Assembly (NCBI GenBank): GCA_963665235.2
Contig: CAXXLX010000001.1
Coordinates: forward strand, 1,216,001 to 1,280,000
Direction: 5' to 3'
DNA: 64,000 bases
DNA from: Candidatus Poribacteria bacterium
GTDB lineage: Bacteria; Poribacteria; WGA-4E; WGA-3G
Shown: positions 1 through 10,467 of the stretch, piece after piece
How positions within the stretch are numbered: the first letter of the stretch is position 1
How the letters are laid out: every line of letters starts with the position of its first letter
Program-made: the position numbers and the translations under genes
Notes under the pieces: model-generated
What the model was told of the DNA's origin: nothing
Database searches by the model: none
The model's input: the letters and a program-made list of their open reading frames with translations, nothing else

Positions 1-1
1 C

Positions 2-1018
2 TGTGACGGTTCACCTGACAAAGAAGGTAGAGTTATCTTGCTCAAAAGGGAATCAGACGACTACGCAATCAGAGACCCCTGGGAGGAAATCAATCGCGTT
101 GAATTCCAGAAAAGTATATTCGTTGAATCGCCCACCGGTTTCGTTGAACCGGACATTGAGGTTCCCATTCCAGCAGAACTCAAAAAACTGATCCTAGATT
201 ATTTACGAGAAAAAGAGAGTATATCCCTTGAGACCATCTATAAAGATCTGGACGGATTTATCAGACGGAGTACCTACAGAGAGCATCTTAAAGGCCTCGC
301 CTCTCAACGTAATGCCAAGGAAGCGAAAGATAGCAAGGAAAAAGTTAAGCATCACGAGAATGCTATTAGACATTATACTGAAGCCTTAACATTGAACCCC
401 GATTCTGCCAAAGCCTACAACAACCGGTCAATTTCCTACCGAAGTAAAAAGGATTTTGACGCAGCTATCCAAGACTGTAACAAAGCCATAGAATTGAACC
501 CTAAGTTTGTCGAAGCCTATACCAACCGGGGACTTGCTTACTTTGACAAACGCGAGGTAAACAAGGCAATCCAAGACTATAACAAAGTCATAGAATTAGA
601 CCTTGACTATGCCATTGCTTACAACAATCGGGGCATTGCTTACGTCGAAGTAGACGAGTTTGACAAGGCAATCCAGGACTTCAGCAAAGCCATTGATTTG
701 AAACCTGACTATGCCGCCGCCTATAACAATCGGGGCAATGCTTACCTCCAAAAAGGCGATCTGGATACTGCCATCCAAGACTATAGCAAAGCTATAGAGT
801 TGAATCCCGAGTATGCCATTGCCTATGCCAACCTCGGTGAGGCATGGTTGCATCTGAGAGAATGGAAAAACGCCAAAGCGGATCTCAGGGCCGCTAAAAA
901 TATGGGAATTGACATCGGTGCCTCCTTCCATAACGACTACGGAAGCGTGGCGGACTTTGAGGCGAAGCACGGCATGCAAGTGCCGGAAGACATCAAAGCA
1001 CTATTAAGCCGAGATTGA
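2..1018 (+). CDS. TPR-repeat protein, 5'-truncated by the window edge; N-terminal part resembles the end of an FRG domain
   Basis: Frame is open from position 2. Repeated 34-aa TPRs (AYNNRG..Y....D.AIQDY.KAIEL.P). NRVEFQKSIFV...IPAELKKLIL...ISLETIYKDLDGF looks FRG-like (recognition only). Confidence 0.8.
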   Translation, partial: CDGSPDKEGRVILLKRESDDYAIRDPWEEINRVEFQKSIFVESPTGFVEPDIEVPIPAELKKLILDYLREKESISLETIYKDLDGFIRRSTYREHLKGLASQRNAKEAKDSKEKVKHHENAIRHYTEALTLNPDSAKAYNNRSISYRSKKDFDAAIQDCNKAIELNPKFVEAYTNRGLAYFDKREVNKAIQDYNKVIELDLDYAIAYNNRGIAYVEVDEFDKAIQDFSKAIDLKPDYAAAYNNRGNAYLQKGDLDTAIQDYSKAIELNPEYAIAYANLGEAWLHLREWKNAKADLRAAKNMGIDIGASFHNDYGSVADFEAKHGMQVPEDIKALLSRD

Positions 1019-1047
1019 TAGGGTTTTAGGGTTAGGGTTTCCCTGCT

Positions 1048-1593
1048 CTATTGCTGTTTTTTCTTTGAATACATCCACAAGGCTCTATCCAAGGTGCGCA
1101 TATCAACATTATTTCTTTCCGCAAGGGCTCGGCAAAAAGCCACGTACTCCTGCCAGAATGTGAATGAATAATTGAATGAATAATTGTAGTTATCCACACT
1201 GAGAGACCATATTGTACGAACATCTATAATTGGATACGGTGCTTCGTGAAAGAGGTGGAGAACCGCAGAGGCAGTTGGAAATCCAATACCCTTAAGCTGG
1301 GTTAAAATGTCCCACCTGACGCGTTCGTCTTGGCTTTTCAATGCATAGCCCGTAATTTCTCTTACGTAACCTTCACTGTTTTCAGCGATGAGACCAGCGC
1401 GACGCGGCGATTTCCATGTTGCAACTTCTTTAAGTAACTCTCGATCAAGATATCCTTGTTGTTGTACCGTGTCAACTATATCTCTATCTGTTAATTCCAT
1501 TTCACGTTGGAATTGTACTTCATTATTAGAACAATATTGTAAGTACTGATCTGCCCAATATGATATTTCAGATTCAGGAAAACGCAATTTCAT
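1048..1593 (-). CDS. Helix-hairpin-helix DNA-glycosylase-like protein
   Basis: WKSPR motif and LKGIGFPTASAVL (HhH-like) followed by YPIIDVR. Probable ATG at 1593 with GGAGG upstream. Confidence 0.6.
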   Translation of the reverse strand: MKLRFPESEISYWADQYLQYCSNNEVQFQREMELTDRDIVDTVQQQGYLDRELLKEVATWKSPRRAGLIAENSEGYVREITGYALKSQDERVRWDILTQLKGIGFPTASAVLHLFHEAPYPIIDVRTIWSLSVDNYNYSFNYSFTFWQEYVAFCRALAERNNVDMRTLDRALWMYSKKKQQ

Positions 1594-1694
1594 TATTATA
1601 CCTCCTTCCCAGCCCAAGCCCTAACGAGGCGAGCGCATTTTGTGTTTCAGTTTCGCAATCGATCCTCTTTCTCCGCAGAGAGCTAAATCCTTGC

Positions 1695-2867
1695 TTAAGC
1701 TTGATATACTTCTGCCGCAGCGCGCACAGCGGTCCCCGCCTCAACACGATGTCCGTATTCAATCAGAAGTTTCTCCATCGCGTTCAAAACGAGTAGGACA
1801 TTCTGCTCGTTGCATGCGTCGCCCATCAGACCGATACGCCATGCTTTTCCAGCAAAAATACCCAAACCGCCCCCAATTTCAATTCCGTAATCTTGAATGA
1901 GACGTTTCCGTATCGTAGCATCGTCAATACCGTCGGGAATACGCAACGTTGTCAGCATAGGCGCACGGTGGTCTTCCGCTGCGAGGGGTTGTAAACCGAT
2001 AGCAGACGCACCTGCTAACAACGCCTTCGCATTGTGTTCATGCCGTTCATAACGTGCCGATACGCCCTCCTCTAACACAACGCGGAGCCCCTCACGAAGC
2101 GCGTAAACAAGAGACATAGAGAGTGTATGATGATAACTTCGGGTGTCCCCGTACCAATATTTTTCAAGTAATGTCATATCCAAATAGAAGCTTTGAATCT
2201 TCGTTTTCCGTTTCCGAATCGCTTCTACCGCACGAGCACTGAAACTTACAGGTGAAAGCCCCGGCGGACACCCAAGACATTTTTGCGTACAACTATAGGC
2301 TATATCAATCCCCCGGGCATCCAAGTCAACAGGTTGACCGCCGAGCGATGTAACACAATCCGCGAGAAACAGAGCACCTGATTGGTGTGCAATCTCAATC
2401 AGCGGTTCCAAAGGTTGCAGAATGCCAGTAGAGGTCTCGACGTGAACAACAGCAACGAGTTTTGGCTTAATTTCCGCACAAGCCCCGGCAATTTGTTCCG
2501 GCGTAATGGCAGTCCCCCATTCGCTTTGGATAGGTGTAACATTCGCACCGCACCGTTCGGCAATATCCGCAATACGGCCGCCGAAATACCCATTAATCCC
2601 AACGAGCACATCATCCCCCGGTTCAATAACGTTGGTAATGGCTGCCTCCATGCCAGCAGTCCCTGTCCCGGAAACAGGTAACGTGAGCGGGTTTTGGGTA
2701 CCATAAACTTGCCGTAAGAGCGCGACAGTCTCATCCATCACCTGGACGAAATCCGCATCCAAATAACCGAGCATAGGCGTTGTCATCGCTTTCAGTACCC
2801 GCGGGTTCGCCGTACTGGGCCCAGGCCCGAGCAAAATACGCGGCGGCACTTTCAATTCATCATACAC
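1695..2867 (-). CDS. Alanine-glyoxylate/serine-pyruvate aminotransferase (class V PLP enzyme)
   Basis: LLGPGPS, SGTGTAGMEAA, VHVETSTG, DCVTSLGG, TQKCLGCPPG (PLP lysine), WRIGLMG. Confidence 0.93.
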   Translation of the reverse strand: MYDELKVPPRILLGPGPSTANPRVLKAMTTPMLGYLDADFVQVMDETVALLRQVYGTQNPLTLPVSGTGTAGMEAAITNVIEPGDDVLVGINGYFGGRIADIAERCGANVTPIQSEWGTAITPEQIAGACAEIKPKLVAVVHVETSTGILQPLEPLIEIAHQSGALFLADCVTSLGGQPVDLDARGIDIAYSCTQKCLGCPPGLSPVSFSARAVEAIRKRKTKIQSFYLDMTLLEKYWYGDTRSYHHTLSMSLVYALREGLRVVLEEGVSARYERHEHNAKALLAGASAIGLQPLAAEDHRAPMLTTLRIPDGIDDATIRKRLIQDYGIEIGGGLGIFAGKAWRIGLMGDACNEQNVLLVLNAMEKLLIEYGHRVEAGTAVRAAAEVYQA

Positions 2868-3002
2868 TATTCTCGCCGTCTCCTTTTCTATTTACAAAAG
2901 CGCGAAATGTGTGAAGAGGGACAAGCAGAAAAACTTGTCCCTACAATAAAAAGTTTGCTCCCTGCTTGCAGGAGCAGGAAACAAACCTTGTAGTTCAATT
3001 GC

Positions 3003-6000
3003 CTATTCACTATCGTCCGCATCAACCCGCTGCGTGCTGATATTCTTAGACTTCATATAATTCAGAATCTGCTGCGCTTTACTAAGCGAATAGGTAATCG
3101 CTTTGTCAAGCTGCGGGTCGTTAGGAATAGACTCTTTGTACTTCTCAGGCAACTTTTTGAAGTAATACCACGCATCCGCGTAATACCTTTCATCCTCTTT
3201 ATCCGCAATGACTAAATACGCCTCGGCTATCTGAACGTAGGACAAATCACCATATTTAGTCGTCGGATATGCCGTAAGGATTGCCTGAAACTTGGTAATT
3301 GCCTCCCGAAGGATAGACTCCCTATTAGCAGGCCCACTCAGCTTGCCTTTGTCAAGCACACCACTTGCATGCTGATACTCATTATTCGCAAGCACGTTAG
3401 CCGTTTCATTAAGGTAGGCTTCAGCCGTCCCTTTGGACTCATCGCTGATACCGGGCGTGTTGAGCGCACGGCGATAGTTTTCAATCGCCTTCTGATACAG
3501 TGCAATTTGAGCCGGTTTCTCAAGCGATTCGTCCAACGCAGCATTGTAGTACTTATTGCCGATGTTGATTAAAGCCTCAGCAATGAGCGGACTGCTCGGA
3601 TACTCAGCGACAAGTGTTTCGTTCGTTTCAAGCAGCTTGTCATAGTATTCCTGCTGTTTCGCTGCATCCTCTACCGCCGCTGCCGACTCTGTCAGCAACT
3701 GGTAACAACTTGCAATAGCATAGAGCGACTCGGGTGCCTTTTCGTGGGTTTTATTGACACGGCGCACCTTCCCATACTCAACAATTGCCTTCTGATACTG
3801 CTCGGTGGCGAAGTAGCTCTCGCCAGCTTGATACTGCCAGAGGGCCGCATCTTTCGCTTGCGGGAAACGTCTCACCAAATCGTTGAAGAATCTAACCGAA
3901 CCATCAAAGTAAGCAATAGCTTGCGGAGACATCTCCTCATCAATACCTGCCTGCATACGACCCAAGTCGAAGTTCGCTGAGGCAAGATAGGTTAGTGCTG
4001 TCTCCACGTTCTTTGTTAAGTCTGCGGAAGCGGAAAATACACCCTGGTCGGCGTATTTGACAAATTCTGTCAGCGGTTCAAGCGACAGCGTCAACTCTTC
4101 ACGCCGCCTAACACCTGCACCCACAGAATAGTAAATCTGACCAGCCTGATAAAGGGAGTTCTGGACGTACGGAATAACCGTCTTTTTATCTGCCTTCTCC
4201 ACAGGGGCCGCAAGTTTACTCACTTCAAAAAACGCACTCGCTGCTTGATTACTTGCATCAATATACGGTTGAAGCTCCGTGCCATCGGTATTAGAAAAGA
4301 GGGAACGCGCTTTATCGGAATAGAGATAACCGAGATTGTACTGTACCTGCACCTTCCTCGAAACCGTTGCATTCGGATTAGCCTGCACTGTTTTTACTGC
4401 CTCAACCGCCTCCACAATTGCATCCTCTAAACGTCCTAATTTGACGTAGAGATCAGAACGACGGATACCCGCGTCAGCAACCATAGAAGCAATATTACTA
4501 TCCTGTTCCGTGCCGTAATTAGCAACCAAGGTTTGGAACGTTTCTAACGCATTATCCGGTTGGTTCAGCTTGTCTTGATAAAGGAGCCCAAGCCGATAGT
4601 AGGATTGCGCTTTAACAATCGCATTCTCAAGGAACTGAATCGCATTCTGGTAATTCTCCAAGGCCGCCGGGTACGCCTTGAGCTGTTCATCTTGCGTAAG
4701 TGCTATAGCAAAGTAGGAGCGGCCCTTCAGGTCAGCCTCCTCGGTATTTTCAATAATTTTTTGGTACGCCCTCACCGATGCAGCGTAATCCCCAACTTCA
4801 CCTTGCAGCTCCGCAAGTCGAGAATGGGCCTGGAAGACCAATTTCTTCCTATCAGCATCTTCTGTCTGAGCCTCAAGCGCAGCGACACTGTTAAATGCCT
4901 CAATGGCACCCTTGTTATCCTTAAGCCCCAATCTTGCCAAACCGAGCGTATAACCGGCACGAATGCGGTCATCCGGACTGTCTGTCATCAGAGAAATCTT
5001 CTCAGCCGCACTGACAGCATTTTGAAAAGCAAGCTGGGCAGACTCGGCATCACCCGCATCTTCCGCTTTCTGAGCTATTTGGTAATAGCAAACCGCCGCT
5101 TGATATTGCGCGTTTACAGCAATGTCGTTATCCGGGAAAGTCTCCACGAAAAGCAAATACGCAGCGAGAGCCTCCTCATAACGTTCTTTGCTATAATATG
5201 TATGCCCAATTTTCAGCAAGGAGCGCACACGCGCCTCTTCCGGCGAACGGGTATTATTAAAAATCGTCTGAAGACTTTCAACAACGGTCTCTATATCGTC
5301 CGCATTCGTGTTTTCAATAGCGGTCGCCCTAATCAAATCAATGTGACCGAGCGTCCGAAGCACCGCATCTTCGGCACTGTTAATATATTTCGTACTCGCT
5401 TCGTCTGCTGTCTGAAGCACAAGACCCCATTTAGCAGTATCCCCATGTTTTTGCGCAGCATCTCGGTAGACAAGCACTAAACCGTAATACGCCTCAATCA
5501 GATTCGGACTATCCGCATACTTTTCAAGCATCTGCTTAAAGGCCGCTTCCGACTTCTCTAAAAGGGAGGCATCCTCGGAGGAAGCATGGTAGTAGCAAAG
5601 CCCAACGAAGTAAAGCGCATCATCAGCATATTCACCCGTCGGATTGCCTTCCACAACCGCCTCATACTGCGCGGCTGCCTCTATAAACCGCTCCTCTGCT
5701 CGCAACAAATCAGCAAGTTTAATCTCTGCTAACGAACGGTTATCAGGCTTAAGGTTCGGTAAAATTGTATTGTAATAAGTAATCGCCTCCGCTTTGTTAC
5801 CCTGCGTCACATAACTGTTCGCAGTGAGCAGAAGCGCACGTTCGTAATACTCACTGTGGTCAGGTATCATCGTATACCGCTCGCGAGCATCATCCCAATT
5901 CCCAAGCATCTCATGTGAGAGTGCCTCATTCATCAGACACGCCTCAACTTGCGCAATGCGCTCCTTAAAGTCCTGATAGCGGCCCTCCTCAATACCCGGC

Positions 6001-7706
6001 AAGAAAGCCGCATCTGAAAACATTTCAATCGCAGCTTGATACGCCTGAATAGACTGCTGTAAGTAGTCCGTATTGAAATTTGTGCCATCATCGCCATCCT
6101 GATAACCTTCTGGCTTAGCAGCTTCATAGTAGGAACGTCCCTCAAAAAACTTGCCCATCAACTTGATGAGATGGAACTTCGGCAACGGACGATACTCCCA
6201 CAACTTGGCATACTCTTCAGCCGCTTCAATATACTGTTTAAACTCAGTCCGTTTGATATCCGCGAACCGGAGTTGAACTTCCGCAGCAAGAATATCCAGC
6301 TCGTTATCGTTTTTGTTCTTATTTATGAACTCATAAGCGACGCGCTCTAATTCTTCCTTGCGTCCGAGATCGTTCAACGTCCAAATCGCCCCATATAAGG
6401 CATGCGGTGCAACAGAATCCTCAGGAAATTCGTCAATCGTTTTCTGATACCACTGTAAAGCCAGCTCTAAGCTTGTCGTTGCAGCGTCCGTTTCACCCGC
6501 ATCTTGCTGGGCAGTTCCCAATTTATAATAGGACTCCCCAATCTGATAGGAGCTATACGGAACATAATCCGTCACATCGGCATGTTCGTTAAGCACACGT
6601 TCATACGCCGCAGCCGCCTCGTTCCATGCACCAAGCTGGAACTGACTATCCGCTATACCGATTTTGGCATCTGCTACAAAGTCGCTGTCCGGATACTCCG
6701 AAAGAAGTAGGTTATACGAAACGACAGCATTTTCATAGTCCTTCTGGTCATAATAGGTACGCCCGATATTAGACTGAATCTCCGCCTGGAGCGCCCGATC
6801 CGCTGTGTTTTGCAAGGCAAGCTCATAATTGATGCGTGCATTGTCATAGTCACCTAACCGAGAGTAAATCGACCCTAAATCAAAATAGGCAGCTGTGACA
6901 TACTGGCTTTCTGGAAATTGTGTGATGAAATTCGTATACCGCTCAATCGCTTCGTCTTCTCTATCGCGTAGCTGATTTATGCAGTAAGCCGCTTTATACA
7001 TCGCCTCCGCCTGCAACTCGGGATAGTTCTTAAATTCCTCGGTATTAATCTTATCGAATTCCTGATACGCTTGCGTATAATCGTTCTCATTCAGGAAAGA
7101 CTGGGCAATGAGATGCTGGGCATCATCCTTAAAATCGGAGTTCGGAAAACCATCGAGCACCTCTTTGAACGCAGAACGTGAAGATTCGTAGTTCTTCAGC
7201 TTATAGTTCAATTGCCCGATAGCATACCAAGCATTCTCCACCTGGATACTGTTCGGAAAATTTTCAATCAGTTGTGTAAATTTCGCCTCCGCAAGGTCAA
7301 ACTGCTCCGTACGATAGAGAATATGCCCCCAAAGATACGTCAAACCTTCCTGGTGTTTCGGGACAGTCGCCGTCGGTGCAACCTTCTCTATAAACTCAAT
7401 CGCGGTTTCGTAATGATTGACATCACCTGTCTGTTCAGCGAGCCGAGAGTAGGTAACCGCAATTTTAAAATTCGCGAGCGTTGGAAAATCCTTGTCAATA
7501 ACCTCTGTTTTCACGCCTCGCTTCGTTGATTCTTCAAGTGCCTCCTGGTACTTGGCTATCGCCCCTTCATAGTCCGCCTGACTAAAAAGATCTTCAGCAG
7601 ACCGGTACAACTCTTCAACTTTTTTGGAGCTGCCCATCATAAAAGGTGATAAAAGCGCAAGGACCAGGGCAAGCCCTCCAATGATTCCCAAAATGCGTGG
7701 GTTCAT
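3003..7706 (-). CDS. Very large exported TPR protein (1567 aa, BamD/CpoB-like TPR repeats)
   Basis: N-terminal hydrophobic signal/anchor followed by many TPR repeats (FP.S....A.Y..G). Confidence 0.85.
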   Translation of the reverse strand: MNPRILGIIGGLALVLALLSPFMMGSSKKVEELYRSAEDLFSQADYEGAIAKYQEALEESTKRGVKTEVIDKDFPTLANFKIAVTYSRLAEQTGDVNHYETAIEFIEKVAPTATVPKHQEGLTYLWGHILYRTEQFDLAEAKFTQLIENFPNSIQVENAWYAIGQLNYKLKNYESSRSAFKEVLDGFPNSDFKDDAQHLIAQSFLNENDYTQAYQEFDKINTEEFKNYPELQAEAMYKAAYCINQLRDREDEAIERYTNFITQFPESQYVTAAYFDLGSIYSRLGDYDNARINYELALQNTADRALQAEIQSNIGRTYYDQKDYENAVVSYNLLLSEYPDSDFVADAKIGIADSQFQLGAWNEAAAAYERVLNEHADVTDYVPYSSYQIGESYYKLGTAQQDAGETDAATTSLELALQWYQKTIDEFPEDSVAPHALYGAIWTLNDLGRKEELERVAYEFINKNKNDNELDILAAEVQLRFADIKRTEFKQYIEAAEEYAKLWEYRPLPKFHLIKLMGKFFEGRSYYEAAKPEGYQDGDDGTNFNTDYLQQSIQAYQAAIEMFSDAAFLPGIEEGRYQDFKERIAQVEACLMNEALSHEMLGNWDDARERYTMIPDHSEYYERALLLTANSYVTQGNKAEAITYYNTILPNLKPDNRSLAEIKLADLLRAEERFIEAAAQYEAVVEGNPTGEYADDALYFVGLCYYHASSEDASLLEKSEAAFKQMLEKYADSPNLIEAYYGLVLVYRDAAQKHGDTAKWGLVLQTADEASTKYINSAEDAVLRTLGHIDLIRATAIENTNADDIETVVESLQTIFNNTRSPEEARVRSLLKIGHTYYSKERYEEALAAYLLFVETFPDNDIAVNAQYQAAVCYYQIAQKAEDAGDAESAQLAFQNAVSAAEKISLMTDSPDDRIRAGYTLGLARLGLKDNKGAIEAFNSVAALEAQTEDADRKKLVFQAHSRLAELQGEVGDYAASVRAYQKIIENTEEADLKGRSYFAIALTQDEQLKAYPAALENYQNAIQFLENAIVKAQSYYRLGLLYQDKLNQPDNALETFQTLVANYGTEQDSNIASMVADAGIRRSDLYVKLGRLEDAIVEAVEAVKTVQANPNATVSRKVQVQYNLGYLYSDKARSLFSNTDGTELQPYIDASNQAASAFFEVSKLAAPVEKADKKTVIPYVQNSLYQAGQIYYSVGAGVRRREELTLSLEPLTEFVKYADQGVFSASADLTKNVETALTYLASANFDLGRMQAGIDEEMSPQAIAYFDGSVRFFNDLVRRFPQAKDAALWQYQAGESYFATEQYQKAIVEYGKVRRVNKTHEKAPESLYAIASCYQLLTESAAAVEDAAKQQEYYDKLLETNETLVAEYPSSPLIAEALINIGNKYYNAALDESLEKPAQIALYQKAIENYRRALNTPGISDESKGTAEAYLNETANVLANNEYQHASGVLDKGKLSGPANRESILREAITKFQAILTAYPTTKYGDLSYVQIAEAYLVIADKEDERYYADAWYYFKKLPEKYKESIPNDPQLDKAITYSLSKAQQILNYMKSKNISTQRVDADDSE

Positions 7707-8701
7707 TACATCCTCCTTATAGATGTTAAAACGCGGAAAATAGCGTGGATAAAACGCCCTAATTCCGCAAAAAATGTCATAATTTATTTAATCGGAACTT
7801 CTGAAATAGATAGTATTGATGAAATTTGTATACTGCTTAATTGCTTCGTTTAATCTATCGCGCAGCTGGTTTAGGCAGTAAGCCGCTTTATACATTGCCT
7901 CCGCTTGCAACTCCGGATAGTTCTTAAATTCCTCGGTATTAATCTTATCGAATTCTTGATACGCTTGCGTCCAATCGCCTTCATTCAGGAAAGATTGGGC
8001 AATGAGATGCTGAGCATCATCTTTAAAATCCGAATTCGGAAAACCATCGAGCACCTCTTTGAACGCAGAACGTGAAGATTCGTAGTTCTTCAGCTTATAG
8101 TTCAATTGCCCGATAGCATACCAAGCATTCTCCACCTGGATACTGTTCGGAAAATTTTCAATCAGTTGTGTAAACTTCGCCTCCGCAAGGTCAAACTGCT
8201 CCGTCCGATAGAGAATATGCCCCCAAAGATACGTCAAACCTTCCTGGTGTTTCGGGACAGTCGCCGTCGGTGCAACCTTCTCTATAAACTCAATCGCGGT
8301 TTCGTAATGATTGACATCACCTGTCTGTTCAGCGAGCCGAGAGTAGGTGACCGCGATTTTAAAATTGGCGAGCGTTTGGAAATCCTTGTCAATAATTTCT
8401 GTTTTCACACCCCACTTCGTCGATTCTTCAAGTGCCTCCTGGTACTTGACTATCGCCCCTTCATAGTCCGCTTGACTAAAAAGAGCTTCAGCAGACCGGT
8501 AAAACTCTTCAACCTTTTCGGAGCTGCCCATCATAAAAGGTGATAAAAGCGCAAGAACTAGGGCAAGCCCTCCAGCGATTCCCAAAATGCGTAGGTCCAT
8601 TACATACTCCTTATCAACCGGTGCTAAATAGCACAGATAAAACGCCCTAATTCCGCAAAAAGTGTCATAACTTAATCGGAACTTCTGGAATAGCTAGTAT
8701 T
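6925..8701. repeat. Tandem segmental duplication of ~890 bp (about 6925-7817 and 7818-8701)
   Basis: Both copies carry the TPR 5' region, the leader AAAACGCCCTAATTCCGCAAAA and the anti-sigma 3' end TTAATCGGAACTTCTG(A/G)AATAG. Confidence 0.85.
7788..8600 (-). CDS. Truncated paralog of the 1567-aa TPR protein (first ~260 aa)
   Basis: Near-identical to the N-terminus of 3003..7706; ends at the junction of a tandem duplication. Confidence 0.8.
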   Translation of the reverse strand: MDLRILGIAGGLALVLALLSPFMMGSSEKVEEFYRSAEALFSQADYEGAIVKYQEALEESTKWGVKTEIIDKDFQTLANFKIAVTYSRLAEQTGDVNHYETAIEFIEKVAPTATVPKHQEGLTYLWGHILYRTEQFDLAEAKFTQLIENFPNSIQVENAWYAIGQLNYKLKNYESSRSAFKEVLDGFPNSDFKDDAQHLIAQSFLNEGDWTQAYQEFDKINTEEFKNYPELQAEAMYKAAYCLNQLRDRLNEAIKQYTNFINTIYFRSSD

Positions 8702-9621
8702 TCTGATGGAACGTCCATCAATTTCTTAAAATTAAAAAACCGAGGCACACTGCGTCGCTTCCGTTGATACACCTCTGAAAATAGTGTGACTTGTGGTTCC
8801 AACGGAGATGCCGCGTACCTATTTTCTTGTAAAAGCGGTTTCTTATCTCCTATGTCCAAATCCATAGAACTTTTTGTGAGTTGAGACCCCACGCCGAGCT
8901 GCCAATTCGGCATTGCCAAATCAACACCACGATTCGTGCCTGTCTCTTGTTGCGTCGCAATGCCCCCCTTCTGGAGTACCCTCACAGCTTCGCCTGCTAA
9001 CGGCTCAATCAATATCCAATAACCTTCCTCCTGCGTATTCGCTGCAAGAGAAGGGGAACTAACCTCTGTCGGGGCCCTCCGCTTCGCGCTACTTTCGCTG
9101 TAACCTCGATTCCGTAACTTGGCTTCCACGCTGGTACCAGCAAGGACCGTCTCGCGCACGCTGCTTACATCCCGCGGATACGCCGAATCGGGGTGCCGCT
9201 CCTGTTTCAGTATAAAAGGCACCGTGATTACCGCAGCGAATGCCAATAAAAGAGCATAGCGAGGTAACGCATACCGACTGCCACGGAGATATCGGTCAAA
9301 GCGTTGATGACATTGTGTCAGCAACCCCCAGATACATCGTGCTATAGAGACTTTCAACCGGTGACTTAGCGGAATAGGGGGCATACGTTCAAGAGTTTGA
9401 TGCAATTCCACTTCAAATTGGTGGTAGTAACTCTCTGGCACCTCGGGGACAACATAGAAATCCAGGACAAGCTCACGCGTTTTTTTGAGGGTTGCCACTT
9501 CGTGTTCACACACCCGGCAAGAACGGACATGCGTTTCAACCCGTGCAGCTTCGCGGCTCGTAAGCACATCATCTATATAGTCAGACATAAGACGTTGTAT
9601 AGCATTACATTTCCGTTTCAT
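8665..9621 (-). CDS. Anti-sigma factor (zf-HC2/ZAS domain plus transmembrane helix)
   Basis: HVRSCRVC (HxxxCxxC), TM segment LLLAFAAVITVPFIL, directly downstream of an ECF sigma. Confidence 0.85.
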   Translation of the reverse strand: MKRKCNAIQRLMSDYIDDVLTSREAARVETHVRSCRVCEHEVATLKKTRELVLDFYVVPEVPESYYHQFEVELHQTLERMPPIPLSHRLKVSIARCIWGLLTQCHQRFDRYLRGSRYALPRYALLLAFAAVITVPFILKQERHPDSAYPRDVSSVRETVLAGTSVEAKLRNRGYSESSAKRRAPTEVSSPSLAANTQEEGYWILIEPLAGEAVRVLQKGGIATQQETGTNRGVDLAMPNWQLGVGSQLTKSSMDLDIGDKKPLLQENRYAASPLEPQVTLFSEVYQRKRRSVPRFFNFKKLMDVPSEILAIPEVPIKL

Positions 9622-9635
9622 TTTAAAACCACCTA

Positions 9636-10223
9636 CTAAAATTCGGCATTAGCATCAACATACGGTTTCAACAACGTTCGGAGTTGTTTCCGGGCATAAT
9701 GCAAACGTGAACGAACTGTACCCTCAGCACAATCCAAAATGGATGCAATTTCCGAATGCGTCAACCCCTCCAATTCGTGGAGAATAACGACAATTCGATA
9801 CTTGAGGGGAAGGCTATTCACCGCCTTTGTAACCCAATACCGCAATTCTGCCTGTTCCGCCTGGACCGCTGGGTTATTCTTCATTTCCGCCTTTTGCAGA
9901 ACCGTCGGATCAAATTCAATCTCTTCCGTAGTCGCCAGCGGCGTTTCACGTCGCCGCTCACGTTTCTTCACAAAATTGAGTGCTTCATGAACAGCTATCC
10001 GATGCACCCACGTCTTAAACGCTGCCTCCCCACGAAACGTGTGAATAGACTGATACACCTTGATAAAGGTTTCTTGCATCACATCGTTAGCGTCCTCGTG
10101 ATTCTTCGTAATTTGCAACGCGAGGCGGTGCACCATCCGTTTATATTTTTCAATTAACGGGGCTAACGCTGTTTCATCTCCTTCACGGAGATGGTCAATG
10201 AGCAAGGCTTCAGTTCTTTCCAC
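9636..10223 (-). CDS. ECF RNA polymerase sigma factor
   Basis: DANDVMQETFIKVY, FKTWVHRIA (region 2); SEIASILDCAEGTVRSRLHYAR (region 4). Confidence 0.95.
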   Translation of the reverse strand: MERTEALLIDHLREGDETALAPLIEKYKRMVHRLALQITKNHEDANDVMQETFIKVYQSIHTFRGEAAFKTWVHRIAVHEALNFVKKRERRRETPLATTEEIEFDPTVLQKAEMKNNPAVQAEQAELRYWVTKAVNSLPLKYRIVVILHELEGLTHSEIASILDCAEGTVRSRLHYARKQLRTLLKPYVDANAEF

Positions 10224-10253
10224 AAAAAATTTCTCCTTCGGTTTTACACTATA

Positions 10254-10282
10254 TTAGACAACCCTATTTTAAAAACCGTTCA
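10254..10282 (-). promoter_or_regulatory. Putative ECF-type autoregulatory promoter
   Basis: Minus strand reads TGAAC-N18-GTCTAA about 30 bp upstream of the ECF gene. Confidence 0.5.
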
Positions 10283-10410
10283 TTTTTTTCAAAAATATTA
10301 TACCATAAATTAAGAATTACGTCTAAAAAAAAGAAAAATTCTTTGTAGAAACCATCTCCCAAGCGTGACTTTCTTATAGAATGAGTCCCTCCCGCCAATC
10401 AGATATCCAT

Positions 10411-10445
10411 AAAAAAAGGGCAGCGTATCCAAAGACACGCTGCCC
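10411..10445 (-). terminator. Intrinsic terminator after the Ig-like lipoprotein gene
   Basis: Minus strand GGGCAGCGTGTC-loop-GATACGCTGCCC followed by T7. Confidence 0.85.
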
Positions 10446-10467
10446 GGTAAGCGAAATAGTTGAAAAT

